Below, in pieces: positions 7,660 through 17,848 of a stretch of 64,000 nucleotides of DNA. The DNA is from an uncultured Candidatus Saccharibacteria bacterium. GTDB taxonomy: Bacteria; Patescibacteriota; Dojkabacteria; JAHIVN01. The stretch covers positions 504 through 64,503 of the forward strand of contig CAZNER010000001.1 in the NCBI GenBank assembly GCA_964572065.1, written 5' to 3'. Position 1 is the stretch's first letter. Every line of letters starts with the position of its first letter. Made by a program: the position numbers and the translations under genes. The notes beneath the pieces were generated by a model that searched no databases, was not told where the DNA came from, and saw only the letters and a program-made list of their open reading frames with translations.

Positions 7660-9446
7660 GCTTTAAAAGCCTTTAAAATTTTAAATACATCTTTTTGATA
7701 TTTCAAACTATTATTACTTTTCTTAATTTTTTTAGATAATTCTTTAAGCCAATTTAAAGCTTTTTGTTTTTCTGGCCCCTCCTCCATTTGCTGTACTTTT
7801 TCATAATAATTAATAACTTCATCAGCGCTTGGTAAAGCCGTTTGCTCAAATAAATCCTGAACTTCTTTTGTAATTTGCTGTCTCTCTTTTTTCGATTGTT
7901 CTAAAACTTCATTTAATGGTCTAACTTTTGACCAATCTTTAACTTCAGATAAAGGTATTTCTTTTACCTGTCCAAAAAGCATTTCTGTAAATAAGTCTAA
8001 TTGTTGTTTACTAAGAGGTTTATATTTCCTTAATATATCACCGGAATATTGAAAGTGCCTAGTAATGCCTATTTGTTCAAGAAGATTATAAATGTCCTCG
8101 GCAGAAAGATCCGTTAATGATAATTCTAATTCATTAAATTCTTGACTTTCCTCCCCATAATATTTTTCCGCCGCTTCTAAAACAGTATCCATTAAATCTA
8201 CGTGTTTAGATAGGGCAGTAAAATTTTTCCAAATATATTTCGCCGCCTCTTCTGGTGCCTCAGGTAAAGAAGAAATACTGCCCGCAAACACTTGATTACC
8301 TTCTGGATTTACCATAATAAAATGATCTGTCTTTTCAGGATCTTCAATTGCTACATAACCAAGCGGTAAAGAAATTCTCTCTACCCAATTAAAAACAGAT
8401 GCCCTCTTTGATTGTATTGGTGGTTGATTACTTTCTGGTCCTGATATTGTTTTTTCAGAATCCACCCTCGTAAATCCCTTCTCTAATCTTATATCTTTAG
8501 GAGCCGTGAGATAATCTAAAACGTTATATTGTTTCCACGCTTCTGCTTGACTACTAAAAGAAGATTCCGCAACAACATCCTTCTTATTATTTAAAACTTG
8601 TACAAAAGTTCTTTGTCTAATACCGGATACAGGAACTGGTATTTTTTCTAATTTTCGTTCTATGTTTTGTTTTTCTTCTTCTGTCGTTTTTGTAACTATA
8701 ATTTTGTATTCCCCTCCTGGTACATCATTACGAGCAAGGGGTTTATCTCCCACCCTTTCTTCCGCCACTTTATTTACCCTTTGATTGTTAGAAGCTACAC
8801 CCATCAACTCTCTGTATTTTTGAAGTATACCTTGTGCGTTGAAATTAGTAAAACCTCGACTCGCCGCCTCTTCTGTAATTAAAGGTAACAAATTAGTTAT
8901 ACTAGGCGGTACTTCTTTTTTATTCCCTTTTTGAATAGCCTTTTGTACCATTTCAACTATTTCTTTAATAGCTTCTTTTTCTGTAAAAGACTGTTTAGCT
9001 ATAGCAGGTTTAGAAGGTAACAATTTTTGTACCCACTCCCAAACTGTATCAGTTAATTCAGGAGCAGCTTTATAATATTGTAAATAATTTTTCACATGAG
9101 TTGGCGTTATAGCTGTGGGCTCTTGCCCTATAGTTTTTAAAAACTGTACCGCAATATATTTTGGATGTACCGCTTTCTTTGTAAAATTTAGATAGCCTTT
9201 ATTAGCTTGTAATATATCATAACTGGGCATCTGATGCATATTCTTGGGTTTATTATATTCATCTTTATTTAACCACGTAGCCACATTTTGATCTTCGTCA
9301 TCCCAATTCGTAGGTGTATAAGAAGTAACATCGTAAGTATCCGCAGATTCAAGAGCTTGTTTTTGACGTAATCTAGAAAAAATAGCCCCCGCTCTTTTTA
9401 ATTTATTATTCACTATCATGCCTCCTTTTAAAACCTTCCTTAGCAT
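7656..9446 (-). CDS. large hypothetical protein (possibly virion-associated)
   Basis: 596-aa ORF. The true start may be the ATG at 9419 or the GTG at 9413, just after AAGGAGG. Confidence 0.6.
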   Translation of the reverse strand: MLRKVLKGGMIVNNKLKRAGAIFSRLRQKQALESADTYDVTSYTPTNWDDEDQNVATWLNKDEYNKPKNMHQMPSYDILQANKGYLNFTKKAVHPKYIAVQFLKTIGQEPTAITPTHVKNYLQYYKAAPELTDTVWEWVQKLLPSKPAIAKQSFTEKEAIKEIVEMVQKAIQKGNKKEVPPSITNLLPLITEEAASRGFTNFNAQGILQKYRELMGVASNNQRVNKVAEERVGDKPLARNDVPGGEYKIIVTKTTEEEKQNIERKLEKIPVPVSGIRQRTFVQVLNNKKDVVAESSFSSQAEAWKQYNVLDYLTAPKDIRLEKGFTRVDSEKTISGPESNQPPIQSKRASVFNWVERISLPLGYVAIEDPEKTDHFIMVNPEGNQVFAGSISSLPEAPEEAAKYIWKNFTALSKHVDLMDTVLEAAEKYYGEESQEFNELELSLTDLSAEDIYNLLEQIGITRHFQYSGDILRKYKPLSKQQLDLFTEMLFGQVKEIPLSEVKDWSKVRPLNEVLEQSKKERQQITKEVQDLFEQTALPSADEVINYYEKVQQMEEGPEKQKALNWLKELSKKIKKSNNSLKYQKDVFKILKAFKA

Positions 9447-9825
9447 CTATCCTTTCAAATCGATATATTGGATGTTTTCTATAATTTACAATCATGCAAT
9501 CTTTTATAGTAATAATTAATTCCCCAAAATTCAAAGCATCCAACTCTTTCATTATAATATCAAAAAATTCTTTATTAGTTTGCTTTTCTATATCTGATAA
9601 AGGTTTTTTAAATATACGTACAATTTTTCCATTTTCTTTTTTATACTCAGCATCAGGTACAGAATCCACAGACCGAATTAATCTCTTATGTTTAGAAATA
9701 GTAATAATACCAGAACGCATATTAAAAACTAATCGTTTTAATATATTCTTTTTATCTTGTTCTGATACTTTCTCTTCTTGTGATAAAGGTATAGGTCTTA
9801 ATACCTTTTCCTGGTTACTATTCAA
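9406..9825 (-). CDS. hypothetical protein
   Basis: 139-aa ORF with a TTG start preceded by AAGGAAG. Confidence 0.45.
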   Translation of the reverse strand: MNSNQEKVLRPIPLSQEEKVSEQDKKNILKRLVFNMRSGIITISKHKRLIRSVDSVPDAEYKKENGKIVRIFKKPLSDIEKQTNKEFFDIIMKELDALNFGELIITIKDCMIVNYRKHPIYRFERIDAKEGFKRRHDSE

Positions 9826-9849
9826 AGGTTCTTCCTTTATATAAGCAGA

Positions 9850-9888
9850 ATAAAAGCCTTAAATATATTTATATATAAATAAGGCTTT
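9850..9888 (-). terminator. Rho-independent terminator after the QueD-PRTase gene
   Basis: 9-bp stem AAAGCCTTA (9853..9861) / TAAGGCTTT (9880..9888). The minus strand continues TTTTATTCTGCTT. Confidence 0.5.
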
Positions 9889-9925
9889 GTAACCAGAAAA
9901 TCAACATAAATCAATAAAAATACAG

Positions 9926-10894
9926 TTATCGATTTCTAGGTTCGTTAGGAGATTCATAAGGAAATTCTACCCATGCATCAACCCAGTTACGAATAAAAGT
10001 AGTACCTATTTCATAACCACATGAATTTTCTATCTGTTGTTTGAGAAATTCCCCATTTAACCAGCCAGGTTGACCTCTTCCGAACATAGCTATATAATTA
10101 AATATCCTTTTTTTAGAAAAAGCTGATATTTTAAAAATGTCTTGTAAAAGATTTTTTACAGTATGACCTGTATGCCAAATGTCATCAACAATCCATATCT
10201 CATAAAAAATGGGTATTTTTTGTATTTCCGACTCATGATGTATCACAAATAATTTATCTATATTTAACTTATGAGCTAAAATATTAGCCAAAACAGCCCC
10301 GCCTCGAGGAACACCAAAAAGAACTATTTTGTTGTTTTTTACGGCTTCTAGCGTTTTTAAATAACTAACCATATTATCTACGTATTTATTATAACGTTCC
10401 CATGATATTACTATTTTATCATCTTTGTTTTGTAATTGGGTTTCTTCTTTTTTATAATGTATTTCTTTTTCTGGGTAATACGTAGCATAAGATGTAGGTG
10501 TTTCATATATAGTTACTTTTTTTACAATTATTTCCAAGTTTTCTTTTTCCAAACGATCTATTAACCGAATATAAATAAATCTAGCTAAATTTTCTGAGGT
10601 AGGATTAGTTAAATATTCAGGTAATACAAAATATTTACTTGTTGCTGTTTTTTGTATTATAGAATCTTTTTCATTAGAAGAAATATATGCATGATCTAAT
10701 AAATTTATAATAGGTTTCATTAAATCTTTTAAAATAGTAAAATCAAGAACCATACCATCATTGTTTAATTCTGTTGCCCCTAATGTTATTAATACTTTAA
10801 AAGTATGACCATGTACAGACTTACATTTACTTTCATAGGGTAAAGCTAATCTATGCGCCGCATCAAAAGTGAATTCTTTTGTAACTGTATACAC
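9926..10894 (-). CDS. queD: 6-carboxytetrahydropterin synthase (QueD) fused to a type I phosphoribosyltransferase-like domain
   Basis: The N-terminal ~130 aa carry FTFDAAHRL...CKSVHGHTF (QueD/PTPS motifs). The C-terminal part carries GVPRGG and IWIVDDIWHTGHT (PRPP-binding-like motif). Confidence 0.75.
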   Translation of the reverse strand: MYTVTKEFTFDAAHRLALPYESKCKSVHGHTFKVLITLGATELNNDGMVLDFTILKDLMKPIINLLDHAYISSNEKDSIIQKTATSKYFVLPEYLTNPTSENLARFIYIRLIDRLEKENLEIIVKKVTIYETPTSYATYYPEKEIHYKKEETQLQNKDDKIVISWERYNKYVDNMVSYLKTLEAVKNNKIVLFGVPRGGAVLANILAHKLNIDKLFVIHHESEIQKIPIFYEIWIVDDIWHTGHTVKNLLQDIFKISAFSKKRIFNYIAMFGRGQPGWLNGEFLKQQIENSCGYEIGTTFIRNWVDAWVEFPYESPNEPRNR

Positions 10895-10905
10895 TTATTT
10901 ACCTC

Positions 10906-11658
10906 CTATATATTTTTTGTTAATTGAAATTTTTCATATACTACAAATTTATTTTTATCTTTTTCGTTTATAAAAATAGTAGGTGTTAACAATTCTTTTA
11001 CAAAAATAATTGTATTATCTTCTTGCAACTTCTTTTCTTCTTTTGATAATGCAGCAATAACAACATCTTCAATATTATCTAAAGTGTTTATATCATAAGG
11101 ACCTACCTTAATCTCAAATAATTCTTTTTTACCTTTTTGTTCTTTTACATTAAAATCATTCATCAATCCAAACTTTAATTTATTCTTATCGAACTTTTTT
11201 AATTCTGCTTGTTTTTCTTCTGTTTTTACTATCTGATTTATATCAGTAAATCTTTTATAAGGACTTCTAAGTGTACTTTTTATATACAATTCTTCTAAAG
11301 CTTTCTTACTTAAAAAATATTGTCCTTTCTTTTCTATATCCTTAAAACCGGCTTTAGATGGTTTATTCTTATTTTCTTTCTGCTTTTTATCTTCTTCTGG
11401 TTTTTCAAAATTATTAATTATTTGTTGTTTATTATCTACCTCTTGTATTTTATCTTCTTTGTTTTTAGTTATTGCCCCATAAGATAACTGTAAATCAACC
11501 AAAGGGGCATAACCTGGTTTATATTGTATAGACAAAGATTGTATATTTCTAGAATCCATATTAGCCCCATAACTCATAACTCTTATAGAATAATCACTTA
11601 AAATATGAAAACTAAATTGTTCCGATAATTGATCTATTGATTCTTTTTGTTTTTTCAT
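10906..11658 (-). CDS. hypothetical protein with Lys/Glu-rich central linker
   Basis: 250-aa ORF. Confidence 0.55.
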   Translation of the reverse strand: MKKQKESIDQLSEQFSFHILSDYSIRVMSYGANMDSRNIQSLSIQYKPGYAPLVDLQLSYGAITKNKEDKIQEVDNKQQIINNFEKPEEDKKQKENKNKPSKAGFKDIEKKGQYFLSKKALEELYIKSTLRSPYKRFTDINQIVKTEEKQAELKKFDKNKLKFGLMNDFNVKEQKGKKELFEIKVGPYDINTLDNIEDVVIAALSKEEKKLQEDNTIIFVKELLTPTIFINEKDKNKFVVYEKFQLTKNI

Positions 11659-12203
11659 TTTGTAATAATCCTTGAAAGATTAATTCTTACAAACAATTCA
11701 GGACCCGAAACAAAAAAAGCATATTCTTGTTTCATGGGATTTAAAAAAATAGTTCCAATAAGTTTCGGTTGCGGAAAAATATAAACCATGTTATCTGGAA
11801 TTTGGGTGGTTTTAAGAATCCTACAAGAAACTACCTCATGCATCAAATCAGTCCTCGTAGGATGTACTAGAGCGTATTGGGGTACAATACTTAATCTTCC
11901 TAGATAATAAAAAGCATCAGATACTTTAGAAACTGTGGTAACTTCTGAAACTTTACTTATTAACTTAAAAAATAACTCATCCCTTAAAGCCTCTTTTCCT
12001 TTTTCATCTTTAATCCATGGTAATTCACAACCCTTTATTGCTTCTATTGGTCTATTATATTGTTTAATACTTTTAGAAGCATCAATACCGTAAGCTAATC
12101 TACCTACAGGTTTAGCAAATAAAAGTTCTTCTTCTTTATATTCTTTAGTTAAAGTTAATAAGTCTAGCAAAGATTGACAAAAACCAAATTTAATATCTGA
12201 CAT
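11655..12203 (-). CDS. hypothetical protein
   Basis: 182-aa ORF with AAAGGGGG upstream. Confidence 0.55.
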   Translation of the reverse strand: MSDIKFGFCQSLLDLLTLTKEYKEEELLFAKPVGRLAYGIDASKSIKQYNRPIEAIKGCELPWIKDEKGKEALRDELFFKLISKVSEVTTVSKVSDAFYYLGRLSIVPQYALVHPTRTDLMHEVVSCRILKTTQIPDNMVYIFPQPKLIGTIFLNPMKQEYAFFVSGPELFVRINLSRIITK

Positions 12204-12217
12204 AAATTACCCCCTTT

Positions 12218-12373
12218 CTATTTAGTACAAGTCTTTATAGCTTCGATTCCTCCGCGTTCTTTTAAATCTTTCAATATCTCAATTAGTTTATCTTCTCCAT
12301 AAATTCTAATAAGCATTTTAAAAATTATCCAATCCGTAAAATGTATTCCTTTGTAATCAAGATATTGCGCCAT
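12218..12373 (-). CDS. unannotated 51-aa ORF immediately downstream of TerL
   Basis: MAQYLDYKGIHFTDWIIFKMLIRIYGEDKLIEILKDLKERGGIEAIKTCTK with no internal stops. GGAGG lies upstream, overlapping the TerL stop. Confidence 0.45.
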   Translation of the reverse strand: MAQYLDYKGIHFTDWIIFKMLIRIYGEDKLIEILKDLKERGGIEAIKTCTK

Positions 12374-12375
12374 CC

Positions 12376-14280
12376 TTACCTCCTAAATCTTCTATCTCTA
12401 AGTCCCGCAGCTGTAGTTGGGGGTCCTCCACCTCTACTACTTCCAGCAACAGGTTTTAAACCTCCATAACCTGGTAAAGAAGAACCAGTTACCGGACTTA
12501 ACGTAGTTGATTTTGGTTGCGGTCGTACTCCCGCCTGTAATAACTTCTTATAAAAATCTACACCTTGTATAGCATATTGTTCTAATAAATATACAAGATT
12601 TGCAGAAACATCAGCAAAGTCGTCCGTAGTAACTGGACCAGAATCTGGATGTTTATAAGTAACGCTATTACCAGACACTATTTCTTGCAAATATGCCAAT
12701 TCTAACAAACAAGTATCTATCCAATGATATTCTGTGTTTTGTTCAATGCCATAAAAATGTACTGTCTCTAAATTAAGTTTTTGAAAAAAGGCTCCATACA
12801 TCTTTGCTTTATAAGCATTCGTAAAAGTTGTTTCTAATGCTGGTAAATGTAGTTGTTGAAATTTCGCAATAGAAGAAGCACTATTATATTGGTCATAAGC
12901 AATCAATACAACATTTCTTAATCTACTTACTAAATCTAAAATAAATTGATCTACGACAAGTGGGTTTACAGGTATGGCATTTAAAAAACCTCCTTGATCT
13001 TGTATAGTAGGTTCGAAACCGTGTAACCCATCAACATAATAATGATAAGTATCCTGATCTATTTCTGCATGTCCCCAACCTACTGCGTATGTATCAGATG
13101 TGGGATCTGAACCTTTTGCTGGGTCTAAAGTTATAATATATTTATGCTCTATTCTTCCAGTAAGTAAAATGGGTTTATCTTTAATAGGTAATTTGGATAA
13201 TTTTTCAGTAGGTAAAAAAGAACCTGCAGGGTCTAAAAATTCAGCTCCATATTCTGATCTATAACCTCTTGGATCTTCTTTCTTTTCTTCTTGTAAATCT
13301 TCTTCTGCAATATGTGGATTAGCCCTCCAAGTTTCAGCCTGTATTGCTAAAACTGATAAACTTTCAAAACTTTCTTGATATAAACTATAACATCTACCAC
13401 CTTTTTCTCGTGGAGTACTTAAAGCTATAATTTTACCATCTTTACCAAAAGTTTTTACAGACGGAGTTAATGCTCTGTATACTTCTACATCAGTTTGGTT
13501 AGAACCTGCCTCTATTTGTTTTGTTTTACCACTTTTTATTTTAGCTCTCAAAAAATGGGCAAACTCATCAAAAATAATTAACAATGCAGTAACCCCTCTT
13601 GAACCTCTAGCAGTAGTCGATATACACCATAATAAAATAGTACCTCGTACATAATTTTCTCTCTGCTCTCCCCTTTTGCGCAAAGCATTCCGTTCTTGAA
13701 TTCTTCTATTATGTAAAGCATCGCGAGGTGTAAACAGTCTTAATTCTGTTTCTGAATCTTTATCGAAATCCAGATAATCATTAAAAAAAGCACAATTCTT
13801 TAAAAAAGCTTTAGCTCTCCTAAATACTTGTTTTGCTTGCCTTTCATTAGAAGCACAATTCATTAAACATATTTCATCATCTTCAATAATTCCATAATAT
13901 TTTTGCGGATTTCCTTTTTTTATTAACTTATAAGCCTCATAACATAAAACTAAAGCTACAAGTGAAGTCTTTCCAGATCTTCTACCTATAACTAAAACAA
14001 GTATTCGAAAAGGTATGGTCGCATTAACATACTTCATTAAATCAACACGCCAACGAGCTTTTACATAAACAATAAAAGCTTTTTCCTCTTCTGTAAAAGG
14101 ATATTTATCTACTACTTTATAATATAATTTTAAACAAACAGATTGCCAAGGAAATAAAGAAAGATGTAAAAAAGAAGGAGATGTGGTAAATTCTATAATA
14201 TCTACTACATCATCATGCGGCTTTTCTGCGGTGTCTATTTCTCGTATACGTTTCTTAAAATAATCTGAACCTACAGACAT
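12376..14280 (-). CDS. terL: terminase large subunit
   Basis: Walker A-like VIGRRSGKT, Walker B LIIFDEF, and a C-terminal RNaseH-like nuclease start ITLDPAKGSDPTSDTYA. Unusual Gly/Pro/Arg-rich C-terminal tail. Confidence 0.8.
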   Translation of the reverse strand: MSVGSDYFKKRIREIDTAEKPHDDVVDIIEFTTSPSFLHLSLFPWQSVCLKLYYKVVDKYPFTEEEKAFIVYVKARWRVDLMKYVNATIPFRILVLVIGRRSGKTSLVALVLCYEAYKLIKKGNPQKYYGIIEDDEICLMNCASNERQAKQVFRRAKAFLKNCAFFNDYLDFDKDSETELRLFTPRDALHNRRIQERNALRKRGEQRENYVRGTILLWCISTTARGSRGVTALLIIFDEFAHFLRAKIKSGKTKQIEAGSNQTDVEVYRALTPSVKTFGKDGKIIALSTPREKGGRCYSLYQESFESLSVLAIQAETWRANPHIAEEDLQEEKKEDPRGYRSEYGAEFLDPAGSFLPTEKLSKLPIKDKPILLTGRIEHKYIITLDPAKGSDPTSDTYAVGWGHAEIDQDTYHYYVDGLHGFEPTIQDQGGFLNAIPVNPLVVDQFILDLVSRLRNVVLIAYDQYNSASSIAKFQQLHLPALETTFTNAYKAKMYGAFFQKLNLETVHFYGIEQNTEYHWIDTCLLELAYLQEIVSGNSVTYKHPDSGPVTTDDFADVSANLVYLLEQYAIQGVDFYKKLLQAGVRPQPKSTTLSPVTGSSLPGYGGLKPVAGSSRGGGPPTTAAGLRDRRFRR

Positions 14281-14295
14281 AATTATTTCTTATAA

Positions 14296-14964
14296 CTAAT
14301 AACTAAAAATCGGATCTTCTATATTATTAGCTTTAAAAGCCTCCACCCTTTCAATGCAAGCAGGACATTTACCGCAAGGTGGTCGTAACCCATTATAACA
14401 AGAATGGGTAAATTCGTAAGGAACTTTTAAATCTAAACCTTTTTTAATTATTTCTTTTTTTGTTATATTAATATAAGGAGTAAATATAGTTAAATAATAT
14501 TTCGAAGGTCCGTAAGTAGACCCGGCATTTAAGGTTTGTTGTAATAAACTATAATAATTAGTTCTACAATCTCTATAAGCATCATAATCTTCTTTACAAG
14601 GAGTAATATAAATTTGTTCAATATTATGTACTTCTGCAAAAGCTGCGGCATAAGACAATAAAATAGTATTACGAAAAGGTACTACCGTTTTAACTTGTTT
14701 TTTCATCGAAGTGGGTACCTCTTGTTTTATATCTACAAGTGGAGAACCCCCTATTTGTGATAAATTTATATTCAATATGTTAAAAGGTACTTTATTCATA
14801 TCACATAACTTTTTTGCATACCGCAACTCTACCCTATGTCGCTGATTATAATCAAAACCCAAAGCCGTAATTTTTAAATCCCTATTATATAATAAATCAT
14901 ATAATAAAGTACTGGAATCCATACCTCCCGATAATAGTAATAAACATTTATCTGCCATTTTCAT
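14296..14964 (-). CDS. queC: 7-cyano-7-deazaguanine synthase (QueC)
   Basis: PP-loop LLLSGGMDSS and the C-terminal zinc cluster C..CGKCPAC. Confidence 0.9.
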   Translation of the reverse strand: MKMADKCLLLLSGGMDSSTLLYDLLYNRDLKITALGFDYNQRHRVELRYAKKLCDMNKVPFNILNINLSQIGGSPLVDIKQEVPTSMKKQVKTVVPFRNTILLSYAAAFAEVHNIEQIYITPCKEDYDAYRDCRTNYYSLLQQTLNAGSTYGPSKYYLTIFTPYINITKKEIIKKGLDLKVPYEFTHSCYNGLRPPCGKCPACIERVEAFKANNIEDPIFSY

Positions 14965-15253
14965 CTCCGGGAAAAGTTGTAATATTAGTATTTACATATT
15001 TAAATCTTTCTAAAGCCCATTCAATACCTTTAATAAAACCTACTAACTCCTCTGTTGGTACTCCTTTATATTTAATCTCAAAGTTTGGAGTAAATTCCCC
15101 AAGTAACTTAGTATTTCCCGCTTGTTTAGCGTGTCGATAACCTAAAACTGTCTGCATAGAATCTACTTCCATTTGACAATCTAAAGTAAATTGATTGGTT
15201 TTTCTTTTTGTTAATTCTTGTTCCCTTTCTAATTCCGTCATAAACATAATCAC
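14948..15253 (-). CDS. hypothetical protein
   Basis: 101-aa ORF. Confidence 0.5.
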   Translation of the reverse strand: MIMFMTELEREQELTKRKTNQFTLDCQMEVDSMQTVLGYRHAKQAGNTKLLGEFTPNFEIKYKGVPTEELVGFIKGIEWALERFKYVNTNITTFPGDENGR

Positions 15254-15501
15254 CTCCTGTATCTTAATATTTTGGGCTTAATTTTTCGTACTTGTATTTC
15301 TTGCTTTGGTTTTAAATCTTTTTTGGGATCTACATTACATTCTTTCAAAACTTTATTTATAAGATTAATAGCTTCAGTACATTTATCTTTTAAATGTACT
15401 TCTACAAATAAGGCTTCTTTTATCGATTCAATCTTTTCTACTGCTGTCTTAAGACTAAAAATAAATTGTATATTATCCACAATTTCTTGGACTCCAACCA
15501 C
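15250..15501 (-). CDS. hypothetical protein
   Basis: 83-aa ORF with a GTG start. An alternative GTG at 15480 overlaps the RNR stop. Confidence 0.45.
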   Translation of the reverse strand: MVGVQEIVDNIQFIFSLKTAVEKIESIKEALFVEVHLKDKCTEAINLINKVLKECNVDPKKDLKPKQEIQVRKIKPKILRYRR

Positions 15502-17848
15502 ATTGGGGGCAACTCAAACAACTATCTTGATAACGTAAAGGTACTCCACAATCAGGACAAGTCCCAACCATGGCACCTTTATCATTTATCTCAATAGTTT
15601 TATGATTATTTTCTATATGTTGATTTTTTATATAAGCTTCCATGGCTTTACCGATAGCATCAGGACAGGAAGTAATCACCCCTCCAGGTATTAAACTAGG
15701 AAAAGGACAACGAATGCCTTTTAATCTTCTTATTATAAAAGAAGGATCTACTCCTGCCCTTAACAGCAAAGAAGTTAAAGTACTAATAGTACTTAACAAA
15801 GCATTAATGCAATTACCATGAGGACCAAGTTTTGCGAAAACTTCACAAAAACCAACATCATCATTATTCATTGTAACATATAAACTACCGCATTCTTTCA
15901 ACCCAAATTTCTGAGTTTTACCTACCGTGGTACTAGGTCTTGGTCTTATCTCCCCATGCTTAATTTGTATTTTCGTTAAAGCTTTTTTATCTCTATCTAA
16001 ATCTAATACTTGTTTCTCTCTTGATTGATCCCTATATAATGTTAATCCTTTACAACCAAGTTTGTAAGCAAGCAAAATAGCTTCCTTAATATCTTTTTCT
16101 GTTGCTGTATTTTTAAGATTAATTGTTTTACTAACTGCATTATCTGTATATTTTTGAAAAGCCGCCTGCATTCTTACGTGCTGTTCATAATTCAAATCAA
16201 AAGTAGTAACAAATAATTTTTGTATTTCTTTCCAATCACTTTGAATCCATTCAATATTTTGTATAGACCCCCTATTTTTTATAATATCTTCTCGTATATT
16301 TTCTATATTAATATTCTTTTCTTTAAGTTTATCTATAAATAATGGATTCTCTTCTTTTAAAACCGTATCTAATACATGGTATTCTAATATAGTTCCAAAA
16401 TGGGGTTCTATACCTGAAGAACAATCTGCAATTTTACTTAAAGAACCGGTTGGTGCAATAGCTGTTACTGTAGCATTTCTCATATATTTATAAGGAGAAG
16501 AAGGTTGTTTATAAATACTTTTATCGAAATTTGGAAAATTACCCCGTTCTCGACCTAATTCTTCAGATGCATTTTTTGCCGTAGTTTCTATAAAATCCAT
16601 AACTTGTTCCGCCATTCTAAAAGAATGTTCTGAACCGTAAGTAATTTCCAATTTGGTTAACATATCAGCCCAACCCATAACGCCAAGTCCCATTTTGCGA
16701 TTAAGTTTAGTAACCCGTTCTATATCTTTAGTAGGATACTGATTTATATCAAGAATATTATCTAGAAAATGAACGCTAGTTACGACAGTATCTGACAATC
16801 TATCATACTCTATTTCTTTTTCTTTACTTACAAAATGTCCTAAATTTATAGAAGCGAGGTTACAAGATTCGTAAGGAAAAATTGGAATTTCACCACAGGG
16901 GTTAGTACTATCTATAACGCCAACCCCTGATAAATATTCTTCTTTTGTAGCATCTTTTTTATAAGTAGGATTATTACTATTTATGGTATCTAAAAATAAA
17001 AGTCCAGGTTCCCCATTTAACCATATATGTTTTATAATAGTATCAAAAATATCAGTGGCCTTTATTTTATCATATTCTTTATTATTAAAAACTAATGCCC
17101 AATCCTCGCTATTCTTTAATGCCTGCATAAAAGAATCATTTACAGCCACACTAATATTAAAATTAGTAACTTGTTGTTCAATTAGTAATTTAGATAATAT
17201 TTTAATATATAAATCGTCATCTTTCAAATTAAAAATACGCTTCACATCATTTATAACTTTCTGATGCTTATCATCCAAAGTGGCTTTACAAGTTATAAAA
17301 TCTAGAATATCAGGATGCCAAACGGGTAATACCCCCATATTGGCTCCGCGCCTCGTCCCTCCCTGTTTAACCGCCTCTGTCGTGTGGTTGTACATATCAA
17401 TAAAAGAAATAGGACCGGAAGTTTTTCCTCCTGTTTTATGTATAAAAGAACCTTTAGGTCTTAAATTACCGAAATTAAAACCTGTTCCGCCCCCATACCT
17501 ATGCACCATAGACATATCATATTGAGTACTAAAAATACTTTCCATAGAATCAAATACCGGTAATACAAAACAAGCAGATCCCATTTGCATTTTCTTACCC
17601 ATATTCATTAAAGCTGGAGTATTAGGAAGAAAATCTCTAGAATACATTAAATCATAAAACTCTGAAGTTAACTTATCAATATCTTTTCTAGAACTTCCAT
17701 AAATACTATCAGCAGCAGCCACAGCCGTAGCTACCCGTTTAAATAATTGTGGTATAGTTTCAATTATCTTTCCTGAAGGATCTTTTATCAAATATCTGCT
17801 CTGTAATACCTTCTTTGCATTCTCTGAAAACGGTTTTAGCCTTAACAT
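15473..17848 (-). CDS. nrdJ: class II (adenosylcobalamin-type) ribonucleotide reductase
   Basis: N-terminus VLQSRYL...ETIPQLFKRVA, active-site TNPCGEIP and CNLASINL, and a C-terminal Cys cluster CPDCG...CLSCPQCG. Confidence 0.9.
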   Translation of the reverse strand: MLRLKPFSENAKKVLQSRYLIKDPSGKIIETIPQLFKRVATAVAAADSIYGSSRKDIDKLTSEFYDLMYSRDFLPNTPALMNMGKKMQMGSACFVLPVFDSMESIFSTQYDMSMVHRYGGGTGFNFGNLRPKGSFIHKTGGKTSGPISFIDMYNHTTEAVKQGGTRRGANMGVLPVWHPDILDFITCKATLDDKHQKVINDVKRIFNLKDDDLYIKILSKLLIEQQVTNFNISVAVNDSFMQALKNSEDWALVFNNKEYDKIKATDIFDTIIKHIWLNGEPGLLFLDTINSNNPTYKKDATKEEYLSGVGVIDSTNPCGEIPIFPYESCNLASINLGHFVSKEKEIEYDRLSDTVVTSVHFLDNILDINQYPTKDIERVTKLNRKMGLGVMGWADMLTKLEITYGSEHSFRMAEQVMDFIETTAKNASEELGRERGNFPNFDKSIYKQPSSPYKYMRNATVTAIAPTGSLSKIADCSSGIEPHFGTILEYHVLDTVLKEENPLFIDKLKEKNINIENIREDIIKNRGSIQNIEWIQSDWKEIQKLFVTTFDLNYEQHVRMQAAFQKYTDNAVSKTINLKNTATEKDIKEAILLAYKLGCKGLTLYRDQSREKQVLDLDRDKKALTKIQIKHGEIRPRPSTTVGKTQKFGLKECGSLYVTMNNDDVGFCEVFAKLGPHGNCINALLSTISTLTSLLLRAGVDPSFIIRRLKGIRCPFPSLIPGGVITSCPDAIGKAMEAYIKNQHIENNHKTIEINDKGAMVGTCPDCGVPLRYQDSCLSCPQCGWSPRNCG

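Noticed and set aside
15473-17848. Inteins or introns in nrdJ, polA, dnaB or terL.
   Set aside because: The protein lengths are normal and the catalytic motifs follow each other without large insertions. No HNH, LAGLIDADG or GIY-YIG motifs were seen.
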